From positions 1,920,001-1,984,000 of the forward strand of contig CBDFLE010000006.1 of assembly GCA_965248925.1 (NCBI GenBank): a DNA stretch of 64,000 bases, given 5' to 3'. A program made the position numbers and the translations under genes. The number at the start of each line of letters is the position of its first letter. Position 1 is the first letter of the stretch. The notes under the pieces were generated by a model. The model searched no databases. It was not told the origin of the DNA and saw only the letters and a list, made by a program, of their open reading frames with translations. Origin of the DNA: Candidatus Multivoradales bacterium (lineage in GTDB: Bacteria > Acidobacteriota > Thermoanaerobaculia > Multivoradales > J023). Positions 30,938 to 47,357 of this stretch are shown in pieces.

Positions 30938-32293
30938 TCAGCGGGGGTGGAGGCTTGCTCCGTGGCGCCAGGTAAGTAACTTCGATCGGTGTTTGCGAGC
31001 AAAACTGTCGATCTGGTAGGTCAAGGTGTTTTCACCAGGAGCCGAGTTGTCACAGAAGCTAGCACTGTCACCGGTTGGGACAAAGCCCCTAAACTGCGTC
31101 CGGCCTGCGACCACTGTTAGAGAGCTGAGCTCGGCGCTGGCCAGCAGCTCTTTAGCACCCGCAAAATCCGCAGCCTTGTGTCCCCACTCGGAAGCCTCTT
31201 GAAGCATTGTTTCGACCGCTGAGAAGTTCTTGCTGTCGGCGGCTTGCTGCAGAGCGACGACGAGCGGAGTCTCAGCGCGTATTACTTGCCAGAGGCGCCA
31301 TACTTTCTCGCGGCCATCAGGAGACAGAGCCAGTAGTCTCCCTTGGGAGAGTACAGAGCTGTGTTGGAGGTGCCAGTAGGCCCAATCGAGCAACCGGCGC
31401 AGGCCAGCCTCGCGGTCCTGAAAGATGGCTGTTCCCTCGGAGCGATAGCGCCAACCGCGTGCTCTTGCCAGCCAGCCGCCATCGGCGCCATGGTTGAGAT
31501 CAGCACTTTCCCGCTGTGCTTCAAGGAGCAGCTTGCGGCCTTCCACCGGCGGCCAGATGTGACCTAACGGAATAAGCGCATCGGGCAAGCTCGGCCCCGA
31601 CGCAGCTCCCTGCTCGGGCAACGCTGTCGCGGTTTTTGCAGGCGTCAGGTCCAAGTTCCGAAGCTCAGCGAGCAGCGCTTCAGGAACCTCCGCGCGTAGA
31701 TTCGAGGTCGCCAGGCGGGCGAACTCTGGAACTGCCGCCAGCCGGTCCAGTGCTAGCCGAACTGCGAAGACGAAAGTCTCGCGTACGCCTTCAGAGCGAT
31801 TCGCGACGGTCGTCGTAATAGCGACGGTCGGAGCCAGATTCAAGCGCGATCGCAGCGCTTCCACGGACAGCGAGTCGCTGCGATCGCGCTTGTTCGCCTG
31901 AACGAGGAAACTCGCCGCTGGCGAATCCTCTAAAAGTTGAGTCTGCAGTTGCTCGATGGGTCCGGCGGCCGCCGCGCATCCCGAGGGTGAGGAGTCGACG
32001 ACGAAAACCACCGCGTCCGCGTCCCGCAGCAGGTGCTCGCGCCGCTTGCGGAGAATGCTCTGGCCGGGGACCGATACCACCTGACAGCGGAGAGTTCGGC
32101 CCTCGTACCTTCCTCCGTAGTACTCTAGCCAGTCGAAGTAGAGCGTCCGTCCCTGCGTCTCTTCTGGGGTTTGGACCTCGACTCCAAGGAGTTCCGCCAA
32201 GGCCCGAAGGGTCGTCGTCTTTCCCGCCTGGCTGGCTCCGTCGTAGGCGATCTTCAGGACGTAGCAATCGGTCTCTGTTTCCTTGCTCGACAT
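30938..32293 (-). CDS. MglA-like small GTPase with a C-terminal extension
   Basis: LKIAYDGASQAGKTTT (G1), RTLYFD (G2), VPGQ (G3), NKRD (G4). Confidence 0.85.
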   Translation of the reverse strand: MSSKETETDCYVLKIAYDGASQAGKTTTLRALAELLGVEVQTPEETQGRTLYFDWLEYYGGRYEGRTLRCQVVSVPGQSILRKRREHLLRDADAVVFVVDSSPSGCAAAAGPIEQLQTQLLEDSPAASFLVQANKRDRSDSLSVEALRSRLNLAPTVAITTTVANRSEGVRETFVFAVRLALDRLAAVPEFARLATSNLRAEVPEALLAELRNLDLTPAKTATALPEQGAASGPSLPDALIPLGHIWPPVEGRKLLLEAQRESADLNHGADGGWLARARGWRYRSEGTAIFQDREAGLRRLLDWAYWHLQHSSVLSQGRLLALSPDGREKVWRLWQVIRAETPLVVALQQAADSKNFSAVETMLQEASEWGHKAADFAGAKELLASAELSSLTVVAGRTQFRGFVPTGDSASFCDNSAPGENTLTYQIDSFARKHRSKLLTWRHGASLHPR

Positions 32294-32415
32294 CGTCTGC
32301 TCGGTTGCAACACATGGGACGCTGCTGGGCGTCCCATGTTCTTCTAGAGGCTCTTCAGGATCGTCCGTTTCTTGAACAGAACCTTGGTTCCAAGTCGTCC
32401 CCGATCAAAGGCGGA

Positions 32416-32784
32416 TCAGATAAGTCCTTCGGCGTGCTTGTTGACAATGTTGCGAACAATCGCAAGATTCGAGCCGGCGCTGTCGGCGGCAAGATAAAGG
32501 AAGGCTGAATTGCCTACCATCTTGATTAGATGAAGTTGGTCGCTTAGTGTCAACAACATGTCGTCTAGAGTCGAGTTGAGTTTCAAGGCCTTCATGGTCT
32601 TGAGTTTTTGCTTCACCATTTCGCTGTTGAACGCGCTGGCTGCTGGAAGATCGAAGTCAGGACGAACGCTATGGACAGCCAGGGTCATTCCTGTGTCCAG
32701 ATCGACCAGTGAAACGGCAATGAATCCCGGGACCTCAGTGGCGATGCTTTCGAAAATGGAAATGTAGTCTTTTTCTGAAGCCAT
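32416..32784 (-). CDS. Roadblock/LC7-like small protein
   Basis: VPGFIAVSLVDLDTGMTL...DDMLLTLSDQLHLI...NLAIVR; paralog of the next gene. Confidence 0.75.
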   Translation of the reverse strand: MASEKDYISIFESIATEVPGFIAVSLVDLDTGMTLAVHSVRPDFDLPAASAFNSEMVKQKLKTMKALKLNSTLDDMLLTLSDQLHLIKMVGNSAFLYLAADSAGSNLAIVRNIVNKHAEGLI

Positions 32785-32801
32785 GTATTTCTCCTAGTCG
32801 G

Positions 32802-33167
32802 TCAAAGTACCAAGTCACCCTCAGCGGAGGCCAGTTGGTGCCTAGACATAGCGAGGTTGCTCTTGTTCTTGTCGAGAACCAAGTAGATGAACAGCCCTTC
32901 TTTCTTTTCGATCGGACGGATCAAGTGGTATTGCTTTTGGAGGGTAATGAGGATGTCCTCGATCGAGTCTTTCAGACCAAGCGTGGTCATCGTCTTGCGT
33001 TTGGCACGGACCACTTCGGTGTTGCCAGCAGCCGCGAGCTCCAGGTCAATGACGCCGCCGCCACCCTCGGAACCGAGCGTCATGCCGCTGTTGCTGTCGA
33101 CGATGCAGCTGCCCACGAAGCCGTCGATCTCTGCCAGTTTAGATAGACATTGTTTAATGTCAGCCAT
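32802..33167 (-). CDS. Roadblock/LC7-like small protein
   Basis: IDGFVGSCIVDSNSGM...AAAGNTEVVRAK...IEDILITLQKQYHLIRP; RBS AAGGAG before ATG 33167. Confidence 0.8.
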   Translation of the reverse strand: MADIKQCLSKLAEIDGFVGSCIVDSNSGMTLGSEGGGGVIDLELAAAGNTEVVRAKRKTMTTLGLKDSIEDILITLQKQYHLIRPIEKKEGLFIYLVLDKNKSNLAMSRHQLASAEGDLVL

Positions 33168-33327
33168 TTGCCTCTCCTTCAATGAGTTGGTGTTTCGCCC
33201 GGCAACTATTGCCGATTGCGAAAGTGGAACTGGCTGGGTCTCCCGCGGGGGGTCTCTGTTCTTCACCAGCGCCTCCGCAGGGATTGCATTGAGCCCCAAT
33301 CAAATTTTGCACACCCCACAGCAGTTG

Positions 33328-33344
33328 TGCAGAAGCCGTGCCAA
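33328..33344 (-). promoter_or_regulatory. Putative sigma54 (-24/-12) promoter for the roadblock-roadblock-GTPase operon
   Basis: Minus strand TTGGCACGGCTTCTGCA, one mismatch to TGGCAC-N5-TTGCA; an NtrC-type activator is encoded divergently. Confidence 0.6.
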
Positions 33345-33622
33345 GTCGCGCCAGCGGACCGCCCAGACGCGCTGGCTGTGATCACCTTTCCCAGCTGAAA
33401 CCCATCTGCTGAAGGCCCGAAGGTGCTGGTGGCTTCGCGGCTGTTCTGACCTCTGATGGCTAGCCCGCGAGCATCCAAGCTGCCCTGTCTTTGGCCAAAC
33501 GTCGCAAATTGGGTGACTCGTTTTGCTACAGTAAGACGCTACGCAGCGTCAAGAGTGCCGAAGTGATCGAACCTGCGCCCGCTGAGCGTGCTGGCATCGA
33601 GCTTGCTCGTAATCCGTTCACG

Positions 33623-34780
33623 ATGGCACAGATCCTTATCGTTGAAGACGAGAGCGGGCTGCGAGAATCTCTACTGGAGGGTCTTTCGGTGGCTTTCCCC
33701 GACTCTAGTTTCGGCGCCCATGGCACTGTCGAAGAAGCCTTGGAGGCCATCGAGGGTCAGCAGCCAGAGCTAATTATCAGCGACATCCGGCTCCCGGGTA
33801 AGAGCGGTATCGATTTCTTGTTCATTGCCAAGAACCTCTGGCCGGGCATCCGGTTCATTCTGATCACGGCCTACGCCAACGTTGCAACCTACGCGCAAGC
33901 GAGCGAGTACGAAGCCACTCGACTGCTGAAGAAGCCTTTCGCACTGCACGACCTGGTCAAAGCTGTGCGGGAAGCTCTCCGCAACGGATCTTCGAGCCAA
34001 GGCGAAGACACGTCGATTCTCGAGTTGGTTCAGCTTGCCAATCTGGGGAAGAAGAGCCTGGAGATTCACCTTCGACGAGGCGCGACTCGCGGAGAAATCT
34101 GCCTCGTCAATGGCGATTTGATCCATGCCCGCGCTGGGGGTCAAGAAGGCATCGCAGCGTTCATGGAGATGGTGCGGTGGCAGAGGCGAGATGCCGAGAT
34201 CAGGACTTTGAGGAAGGCCCCCAGGACCACGGTTGAGGAGCCGATTCAATTCCTGGTCCACGAGGCTCTCCGGATCCTCGACGAAAAGGATGGAGATACC
34301 GAGAAACCAACCAGGAGCGTCCCTAGTGAATCTTCATTGCTGTCGGCGAAAGAGCCGCTCCAGGTTTCCTCAGCCCCGAAGCTACCTCTAGCGGCGCAAT
34401 CCGAGGAGACTCTGGCCCAAGCCGGCCTCGATGCCTTGGTTGGGATCGACGGCTACCTCGGCGCCTGCTTGATGAACAGTGAAAGCGGAAGAGTTCTCAG
34501 CGCGCGGAGCGCAGCATCTCTCGACGTCGAAGTTGCCGCGGCATGCAACACCGAGGTGATCCGAGCCGAGAGAGCGACTCTAGTCTCCCTTGGGCTCCAG
34601 GATCGAATTGAGGACATCCTGATCAGCTTGGGAAGGCAGTATCACCTCCTATGCCTCATCGATTCGAATCCGGACCTCGTGCTCTACCTGATTCTAGATC
34701 GCGCCCAAGCGAATCTTGCAGTGGCTCGCTACGAACTCTCCACCCTCGCCAGCGCTCTAGACCTTGGGCGCAACCCATGA
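33623..34780 (+). CDS. Response regulator: receiver + DUF4388-like + C-terminal roadblock-like domain
   Basis: ILIVEDE, DIRLPG, KKPF receiver; GEICLVNGDLIHA; C-terminus IDGYLGAC...NTEVIRA...IEDILISL..QYHLL homologous to 32802..33167. Confidence 0.85.
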   Translation: MAQILIVEDESGLRESLLEGLSVAFPDSSFGAHGTVEEALEAIEGQQPELIISDIRLPGKSGIDFLFIAKNLWPGIRFILITAYANVATYAQASEYEATRLLKKPFALHDLVKAVREALRNGSSSQGEDTSILELVQLANLGKKSLEIHLRRGATRGEICLVNGDLIHARAGGQEGIAAFMEMVRWQRRDAEIRTLRKAPRTTVEEPIQFLVHEALRILDEKDGDTEKPTRSVPSESSLLSAKEPLQVSSAPKLPLAAQSEETLAQAGLDALVGIDGYLGACLMNSESGRVLSARSAASLDVEVAAACNTEVIRAERATLVSLGLQDRIEDILISLGRQYHLLCLIDSNPDLVLYLILDRAQANLAVARYELSTLASALDLGRNP

Positions 34781-34884
34781 GAAGCCTTGGTTGATGAGTT
34801 TCTCTGGCCAATACCCTTTGCCAGATAGACTCACTCGCGTCTCATGGTACAAATGGTAGGGACCAGGCAAGAAGGGGCGGAACC

Positions 34885-35994
34885 ATGAACAGGGCGGTTG
34901 GGGAGAACGGTTTCAAGCAGTGGGAGCTTGCGGTCGATTCCATCAGTGACTTGCTGGTCTTGCTGGACAGCAGCGGCAAGGTAATGCGAGCGAATCGGGC
35001 GGTTGAGCATTGGTCCTTGGTCTCGGTCTTCGAGGTGCAGGGCATGGATGTTCATCGTCTCTTGCATCGGGATTGCGATGATCCATCGTGCTACCTATTG
35101 CGACTTCACCCGGAGAAGAGCCCAACGATCGAAACCGAGCTTCTCGATCCCAAGCTGGGTTGCTGGATCCACATGGCCCTCGAGCCATTCACCGAGGGCG
35201 CAACACCTTACCGTCTACTCACAGTTCGCGATATCACCGAAATTCGCGAGCGGCGAATCCAGGAAGGCCGCCGGACTCGCTTCGAGGCGCTCCACATCGT
35301 CGCTCGCAACCTCGCTCACGAGATTGGCAATCCTCTCGCCGCGATGCAGACGACGACCGAAGTTCTGGCGGCGAACATAGACCGGTTCGAGCCCGCCAAG
35401 GTCAACACCTACCTGGAGAGGATCTTGGAGGGGACCCAGCGGATTCAGACCATCGTCGAGCGGACGATCCGCGACCAACAGTTCACCGACCTGGCGCCCA
35501 AGGTGTTCGATCTCGAAGCCTTCTTGCGCCGCATGTACCGGCTCTTTCAGGACGAGGTCTCGATCCGTGGAGTCCATCTGGAGCTCAAGCCCTTCTCCTC
35601 TCCGGAGCTCTTTGCTTTCGCCGATTCGACGGCAGCCGAGGAAGTGTTGATCAACGTCCTGCGCAACGCCCTCGACGCGACATCAGCTGGCGGGTCGATC
35701 TCTCTCTGTGCTCGCTCAGAGGCAGATCAGGTTGAAATCCTCATCCGCGACACCGGTCGAGGAATGAGCCGGCACCAGATGGCCAACATCTTCCAGCCTT
35801 TCTTTACTACCAAGGCCGAAGGTGCCGGTATCGGGCTCGCTTACTCGAGCTACCTGATGAGAAAGATGGGTGGTACCATCGCGATCGACAGTCAGGTCGG
35901 TGAGGGGACGACCGTGACCGTTCAGCTCCCCGAAGGCAAACCAGAGAATCGAGGGCTGGCCGATGAATCACCGAGACCTTCTCCTCATCGTTGA
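34885..35994 (+). CDS. PAS-domain sensor histidine kinase
   Basis: PAS N-terminus, AHEIGNPL H-box, NVLRNA, DTGRG, FQPFFTTK, GAGIGL. Confidence 0.92.
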   Translation: MNRAVGENGFKQWELAVDSISDLLVLLDSSGKVMRANRAVEHWSLVSVFEVQGMDVHRLLHRDCDDPSCYLLRLHPEKSPTIETELLDPKLGCWIHMALEPFTEGATPYRLLTVRDITEIRERRIQEGRRTRFEALHIVARNLAHEIGNPLAAMQTTTEVLAANIDRFEPAKVNTYLERILEGTQRIQTIVERTIRDQQFTDLAPKVFDLEAFLRRMYRLFQDEVSIRGVHLELKPFSSPELFAFADSTAAEEVLINVLRNALDATSAGGSISLCARSEADQVEILIRDTGRGMSRHQMANIFQPFFTTKAEGAGIGLAYSSYLMRKMGGTIAIDSQVGEGTTVTVQLPEGKPENRGLADESPRPSPHR

Positions 35995-37315
35995 GGACGA
36001 GCCGTTCCTGAGGGAGTCCCTGAGGGATCAGCTAATGGCGGATGGCTACGCTGTGGAGGCCACGGACACCCTGGCCGGAGCGAGGAAACTCTTGCGGGCC
36101 AAGAACCCGGCCCTGATACTGCTCGACCTCTCACTGCCGGACGGATCGGGGCTGAAACTACTTCAAGAGCTCGACCGCGAGCCACTGGCACCTGCGGTCG
36201 TAGTGTTGAGCGCGGATACCACGCTCGATTCTGCCGTGCAAGCGGTTCGCAGCGGTGCCAGCGACTACCTGCCGAAGCCGTTCTCCCTGGAGCTACTGAG
36301 CCACCGGATTCGGCAAGCACTTCAACATCGGGCGGCGAGCCTGGACCGACTGGTAACTCGCCGCCAGGGGACTCTCTCGCGTGCGAGCTCGAAGACGATT
36401 GAGCCAGTATCCGCTGCTATGACCGCGGTTCTGGCAAGAGTTTCCGCGGTGGCGAAACACGATTCGATGCCGGTTTTGGTCTTTGGCGAAACGGGCGTCG
36501 GGAAAGAGTCCATATGTCGCCGCATCCACGAGGAATCCCCCCGTGCGCATGAGCCGTTCATTGCCGTGAATTGTGCCGAACTCGACCGCGGTCTCCTGCG
36601 CTCCGAGTTGTTTGGCCACGAGCGTGGCGCCTTCACCGGCGCCTCAGATCGTCGAGTCGGGCTCTTTGAACTGGCGAGCCGCTGAACCCTGATGCTCGAC
36701 GAGGTCAGCGAGCTGCCTCTCGAGGTGCAAGCGCTCTTTCTAAGAGTCCTCGAAGACGGCACTTTCCGCCGCCTGGGTGGATCGAGAGAGTTCGAAACCC
36801 ATGCCCGAACGATTGCAGTGAGCAATAAGCCGCTCAACGACCTCGCCCAGAGCGGCCGCTTTCGCCAGGATCTCCTTTTTCGCCTGAATACTATTGAGAT
36901 CGTCATTCCGCCGCTGCGGCAGCGATGTGAGGACATTCGCTTGCTGGCCCAGCACTTCTGCCAACGAATGGTCCGCGCCTCGGGTGTCGAGACCCATCTA
37001 ACACCTGAGGCGATCTCTGCGCTGATGGCCTATCCCTGGCCCGGCAACGTTCGTGAGTTGCGCAACGTCATTGAGCGCAGCGTGCTCTTGAGCAAGGGTG
37101 AAGCCTTGACTCCGGAACTCCTCGAGCTACCGAATCGAGCCATTCGCGAGCCGATCACAAGAGAAGCCTCATCCCAGCGTGACCTACCCACGTTGAAGGA
37201 AGTCGAGCGCCGCCATATCACCGCGGTCATGTCCAGTTCAGGGGGCAACCGCACCCATGCGGCGGCGATTCTTGGAATCTCCCGCTCGACGTTGGCCCGA
37301 AAGTTGGACATGTGA
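35963..37315 (+). pseudogene. NtrC-family sigma54 activator with in-frame TGA at 36683-36685
   Basis: Receiver, GETGVGKE, GAFTGA, then ELASR*TLMLDEV in the same frame, WPGNVRELRN, Fis-type HTH. Confidence 0.88.
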
Positions 37316-37365
37316 CCCTACGGGTGTGCATCCCCCGAACACGGTCCGCCGATGAAGTCAGCGAC

Positions 37366-40017
37366 TTAGGGCCCGCGAAGGATGGCTTCGATCCCTATGG
37401 ACGGGAGTCTGCGGGAGGCTTCGCCCCCGTAGAACGACAGATCGGTATCGACCGGCGCTTGCAGGCTGCGCTTCTCTTTGACAAAAGAAAGCAGCTCGTC
37501 GTCGCTGTCGATCTCTAAGTGGCGTTCGAGTTCGTCGGCGCCAGGAAAGCGCCCCAGCCCTCGCCGCCAAGCGCGGCGGGCCTCGTCGTAGCGGCCCGCC
37601 TTGGCATAGGCTTGGCCGAGAGCGACGTAGACTCGCTGCTGGTAGGGCGCCACCACTCCGCTCTGCTCTTGCAGTTCGGCACAGCGTTCCAGGTCGCGAG
37701 CAGCGTCGTCGGAATGACGCAGCGCCCGCGGCCAATGCAGATGGTTCATCCCCCGCGAGTAAAGCGCCAGCCAAGAATCCGGCTGGGCCGCCAGCACCTT
37801 GTCGGCCTCGTCCAGACCGCGCTTGGCCACGCTGCCCTTGCAGACGATCGCCGCCAGCCCGCCGCAGGCCGGGATCTTGTCGACGTAGGCCACCGACAGC
37901 TCGATCCGCCAAGCCGGGTTCTTGGTGGTGTCGGCGCGCTCGGTAAGAAAGGCGATCGCCCGGTCGTGAGCATCGTACTCGGCCGCCAGACGCCGGTAGT
38001 CGCTGGCTTCGCGAGCCTGGTAGACACCTCTCAGCAGGCTCTCAAGTTCTGCCAACTGACCCTCGATCTCAGCCGCCGAGGGCAGCGCCCGCTTGGCTAC
38101 CTGGGTGCCCGGCAAGGGACTCAGGCGCCGCGGCTGGGAGATCTCCAGCTCCCGCCGCTCGGCATAGCTGCCGGGATCCTGGTGCAAAGTGAGTATTTGA
38201 TCGACTGCCACGTCCTCGAAATACTGTAAACCGCCGTCTGGCCAGCGTACTTCCAGCATCTCCACCAGATCCACCGTACCGAGACCAAAATGTAGTCTCG
38301 GCTCGCTCTGCCCCGCGAAACCGTTGCCTCCATCGCGCTCACGCACCAGCACCCCGGCGGCGGTCGCCAGGGTCACCCGCGTGCCGATGCCGTCGCGATT
38401 GACCCCGCTCGACGGATCGGTCACCAGCGCCACCCGCAGCCAATGCGCCCCTGCCGCCGTCTGGCGGTGATCTAGCAAACCATTGCGAAACAGCTGCGGA
38501 GCGTCGCCCTGATTGGCGATGAACAGATCCAGGTCGCCATCGTTGTCATAGTCCACCACCGCGATGCCGCGGCCATCCCGGTCGCTGTCCAGGCCGGTCG
38601 GGCCGGCGTTTTCAGTGAAGGCTAGCAGCCCCTCGTTGCGCCACAGCCGAGTGCGTTCGTAGCCCGAGAACGAGCGGTCGCCGATCGCCGGCCAGTTGCG
38701 GGCGTCGTCGGAATGCTCGCCGGTCACCGTCCACGACGCCAGGTCGTACCAATAGCTGCCCTCGCCGGCACTGATGAAGCCGTTGACCGCCACGATGTCC
38801 AAATCGCCATCGTTGTCGTAGTCGAAGAACTTCGCCCCCCAACCCCAACCGCCATCGTAGGCCCGCGCCTCCAGGCCGACATCGGTGAAGTGGATCTCGC
38901 CCGACTCGTCCGGGCCCTCGTTGTACCAGAGCATGTTGCCCTCTTGCAGGTACTCGGCGGTGGTGATGTTGGAGACGTAGATATCTAGCCAGCCATCGTT
39001 GTTGAAGTCACCAAAGTCGACGTTCATGCCCTTCTTGGTGTCGTAGCCCAGAGCACTCTCGGTGGCGTTGCGCCAGCTGCCCTCGCCGTCTGAAAGGAAG
39101 AGCTGGTCGGGACCGAAATCGTCGGCGGCATAGAGATCGGGCCAGCCGTCGCCGTCCAAATCCGCCGCTCCCACCGCCAGAGTCCAGCCCGGGTCAGCGA
39201 CCCCGTGCTTCTCGGCGACCTCGACAAAGCTGCCGTCCCCCTGCTGCTGGTAGAGGTAGTTGGCGCCGCCGTTGCGGGCGCGCTCGAAGTCTTCGTGCAT
39301 GATCCGGGTCGACCCCAGATGCCACAGATCGACCTCGCGGAAGTAGTTGCCAACGTAGATATCCAAAAGACCATCGCGGTCGAAATCGAGAAAGATCGCC
39401 GCGTTGCCATTCGCCCACTCGGTGCCCGGCTGGCCATCGCGACGCTGGAACACCTCGGCGGTGACCTCACGGAAGGTGCCGTCGCCCTGGTTGCGATATA
39501 GCGAGTCCGTGCCCCAACGCACCAGGTAAAGATCCACCAGACCATCGTTGTCGTAGTCCCCCCACACCGCGTCCATGCTGGTGCCGCGAGCATCGTTGGC
39601 TTGCGCCAAGCCGGCCTGCTCCCCCACCTCGGCGAAGCTGCCGTCGCCCTGGTTGCGATACAGCAGGTTGGGCTCCCCCTTGCGCGACTCGGTGACGAAG
39701 AAATCTTGCCAGCCGTCGCCATCGTAGTCGGCACTGGCCACCGCCGCGCCGACGCTCGCCATCCACGACATGATGTTCGACAACTGAGCGTCCAACACCG
39801 GCCGATGATGGCGGTGGGTAATCCCCGCGCTCAACGCCACGTCGACGAAGAGCGGTTCTTCCGCCTCTGGCGGTAACGACTGCGAGGGCGAGGAGCAGGC
39901 CGCAAACCAGCCTGCCAGCAGCAACAACCCGACGGTCGAAAGTCCAACAGCAGTCACCGACGCGAATTTCTTGAAACAGCCATTCCAAACACTAAGAGTC
40001 ACAAAGCTCTTGCTCAC
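37366..40017 (-). CDS. Lipoprotein CRTAC1/ASPIC-UnbV (enediyne E4-like) fused to a C-terminal TPR domain, copy A
   Basis: GTG start with GGAGG; lipobox-like FAAC; DYDNDG repeats; GWGWGAKFFD; RLHFGLG...EVRWP; TPR-like tail. Confidence 0.88.
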   Translation of the reverse strand: MSKSFVTLSVWNGCFKKFASVTAVGLSTVGLLLLAGWFAACSSPSQSLPPEAEEPLFVDVALSAGITHRHHRPVLDAQLSNIMSWMASVGAAVASADYDGDGWQDFFVTESRKGEPNLLYRNQGDGSFAEVGEQAGLAQANDARGTSMDAVWGDYDNDGLVDLYLVRWGTDSLYRNQGDGTFREVTAEVFQRRDGQPGTEWANGNAAIFLDFDRDGLLDIYVGNYFREVDLWHLGSTRIMHEDFERARNGGANYLYQQQGDGSFVEVAEKHGVADPGWTLAVGAADLDGDGWPDLYAADDFGPDQLFLSDGEGSWRNATESALGYDTKKGMNVDFGDFNNDGWLDIYVSNITTAEYLQEGNMLWYNEGPDESGEIHFTDVGLEARAYDGGWGWGAKFFDYDNDGDLDIVAVNGFISAGEGSYWYDLASWTVTGEHSDDARNWPAIGDRSFSGYERTRLWRNEGLLAFTENAGPTGLDSDRDGRGIAVVDYDNDGDLDLFIANQGDAPQLFRNGLLDHRQTAAGAHWLRVALVTDPSSGVNRDGIGTRVTLATAAGVLVRERDGGNGFAGQSEPRLHFGLGTVDLVEMLEVRWPDGGLQYFEDVAVDQILTLHQDPGSYAERRELEISQPRRLSPLPGTQVAKRALPSAAEIEGQLAELESLLRGVYQAREASDYRRLAAEYDAHDRAIAFLTERADTTKNPAWRIELSVAYVDKIPACGGLAAIVCKGSVAKRGLDEADKVLAAQPDSWLALYSRGMNHLHWPRALRHSDDAARDLERCAELQEQSGVVAPYQQRVYVALGQAYAKAGRYDEARRAWRRGLGRFPGADELERHLEIDSDDELLSFVKEKRSLQAPVDTDLSFYGGEASRRLPSIGIEAILRGP
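37428..39871 (-). repeat. About 2.44 kb near-identical direct repeat of 48578-51021
   Basis: Line-by-line identity at offset 11150 with only a handful of substitutions, mostly near the gene 3' end. Confidence 0.95.
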
Positions 40018-40036
40018 GGACGGCCTCCAGACGAGG

Positions 40037-40995
40037 TTAGGCAGTAGCAGGGAAGGGCAGGGGAACGGCAACATCCGGCAAGAAACATGCCTCGATGCGC
40101 TGTCGCCAGACCTCGAAAGCGGGCAACTCTGCGCTGCCCCGAGGCAGACCGAGCAGCGTTTGAGAGGTCACTTCGGCCGCCTCACCAGCACTCATGCCGC
40201 AGAAGACGCGGCTAGCCTGCTCGGTGTGCTCGGTGACAATGCCCGCCCGTATCCTGGCCTCGGCGGCAAAAGCGGCGCCCTGGGCGAGAGCCGAAGCAAA
40301 GTCCGCCGCCACGGTGCGCAGGGTTTCGAGAGCCACCCGGTCGACGCCGCCGGCATAGCTGGCGGCGAGACCGACTCCAGCCCACAAATCAGCGTGGCGA
40401 GTGTCCGCGAAGGTAGCGATGGTCCGCGGAATTTGCCGCACGTCGGCGCCTTCGACAAACCACAGACTACGCCCCAGGCCCTGGTCGAAGGCCCGCCGAG
40501 CGTAGCCCCGCACCCGCCGAGGAATCCGCTGTGGCCCGTCTACAGAATTTCGCCCATGGAAGAACCCTTGATGAAAGCCATAGCCATCGTAGGCCAGCCA
40601 AACCAGTAGCGGATCGAGCCGCGCCACGTTGCGCTGCAGGCCAAATGGCAGGCGAGCCAACGCCCAGCCAGCCCCGACTTGCACCATGTAAATGTGGGCG
40701 CTACCGCCCCCTTGGCAAAATTCTTCGAAACGCCGTCGTGGCCAAGGGCTCAAGCGATCCACCAAAAAGAGCGACATCGCCGCACCCTCGTAGGCAAAGC
40801 CGCGAAATTCCTCGTCGACTTCGTCAAGCTGGCGGCAGAGGGGAACACTGGCACTTTCTCCAAGCGCCGCGTGATAGCCCTCAAGGAAGGTCAAACCAAC
40901 CCGCTCGATCCGTTCCCAAACCTGGGCATCGCCACCACGAAATCCGCGCCGAGAGAAACGCACCTGATCGGTAGACAGAGACAATAAGCGACGGG

Positions 40996-41008
<13 letters not shown>
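40037..41008 (-). CDS. DUF1702 family protein (enediyne E3/UnbL-like), copy A
   Basis: GFAYEGAAM, HIYMVQVGAGWALAR, DGYGFHQGFF, FDQGLGRSLWF, DLWAGVGLAASYAGG; overlaps the pksE stop. Confidence 0.9.
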
Positions 41009-47010
<6,002 letters not shown>

Positions 47011-47357
47011 CAATCCTCCCGTTCTAGGTGTTAAAAGAACCCAGGCGGAGTCAAATTAGAGGAGTGACTATATACGAATACATCAATTAGCGTTGTTTTT
47101 CCCTACTCTTTTGCTGACCGAAAAAACCACGCTATTTCGCAAGATCGAAGAAGTCAAATAAGCCTCCCAAGAGATATGAGAACCCCCTGCTCCAGCCCAG
47201 CCGACAACAGAGTCGCAATCCAGTCAACCATGAAGTCGACAGGTTGTTCCCCTCTCGGCTCGGACACCGAGCGGGTTTCACCAACGCTTGCCGGATGAGC
47301 TAACAGCACGAGAGCACTTCCTCAAGAACAAAAGAAAAATCATTGCTGGCCGTCTAG

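Noticed and set aside
33491-33507. Plus-strand sigma54 promoter TTGGCCAAACGTCGCAA
   Set aside because: GG-GC spacing is one base short of the strict -24/-12 requirement
36683-36685. TGA in the NtrC gene as recoding or an alternative genetic code
   Set aside because: It falls at a conserved Gly (GGA->TGA point change), and TGA is a normal stop for many genes in this window
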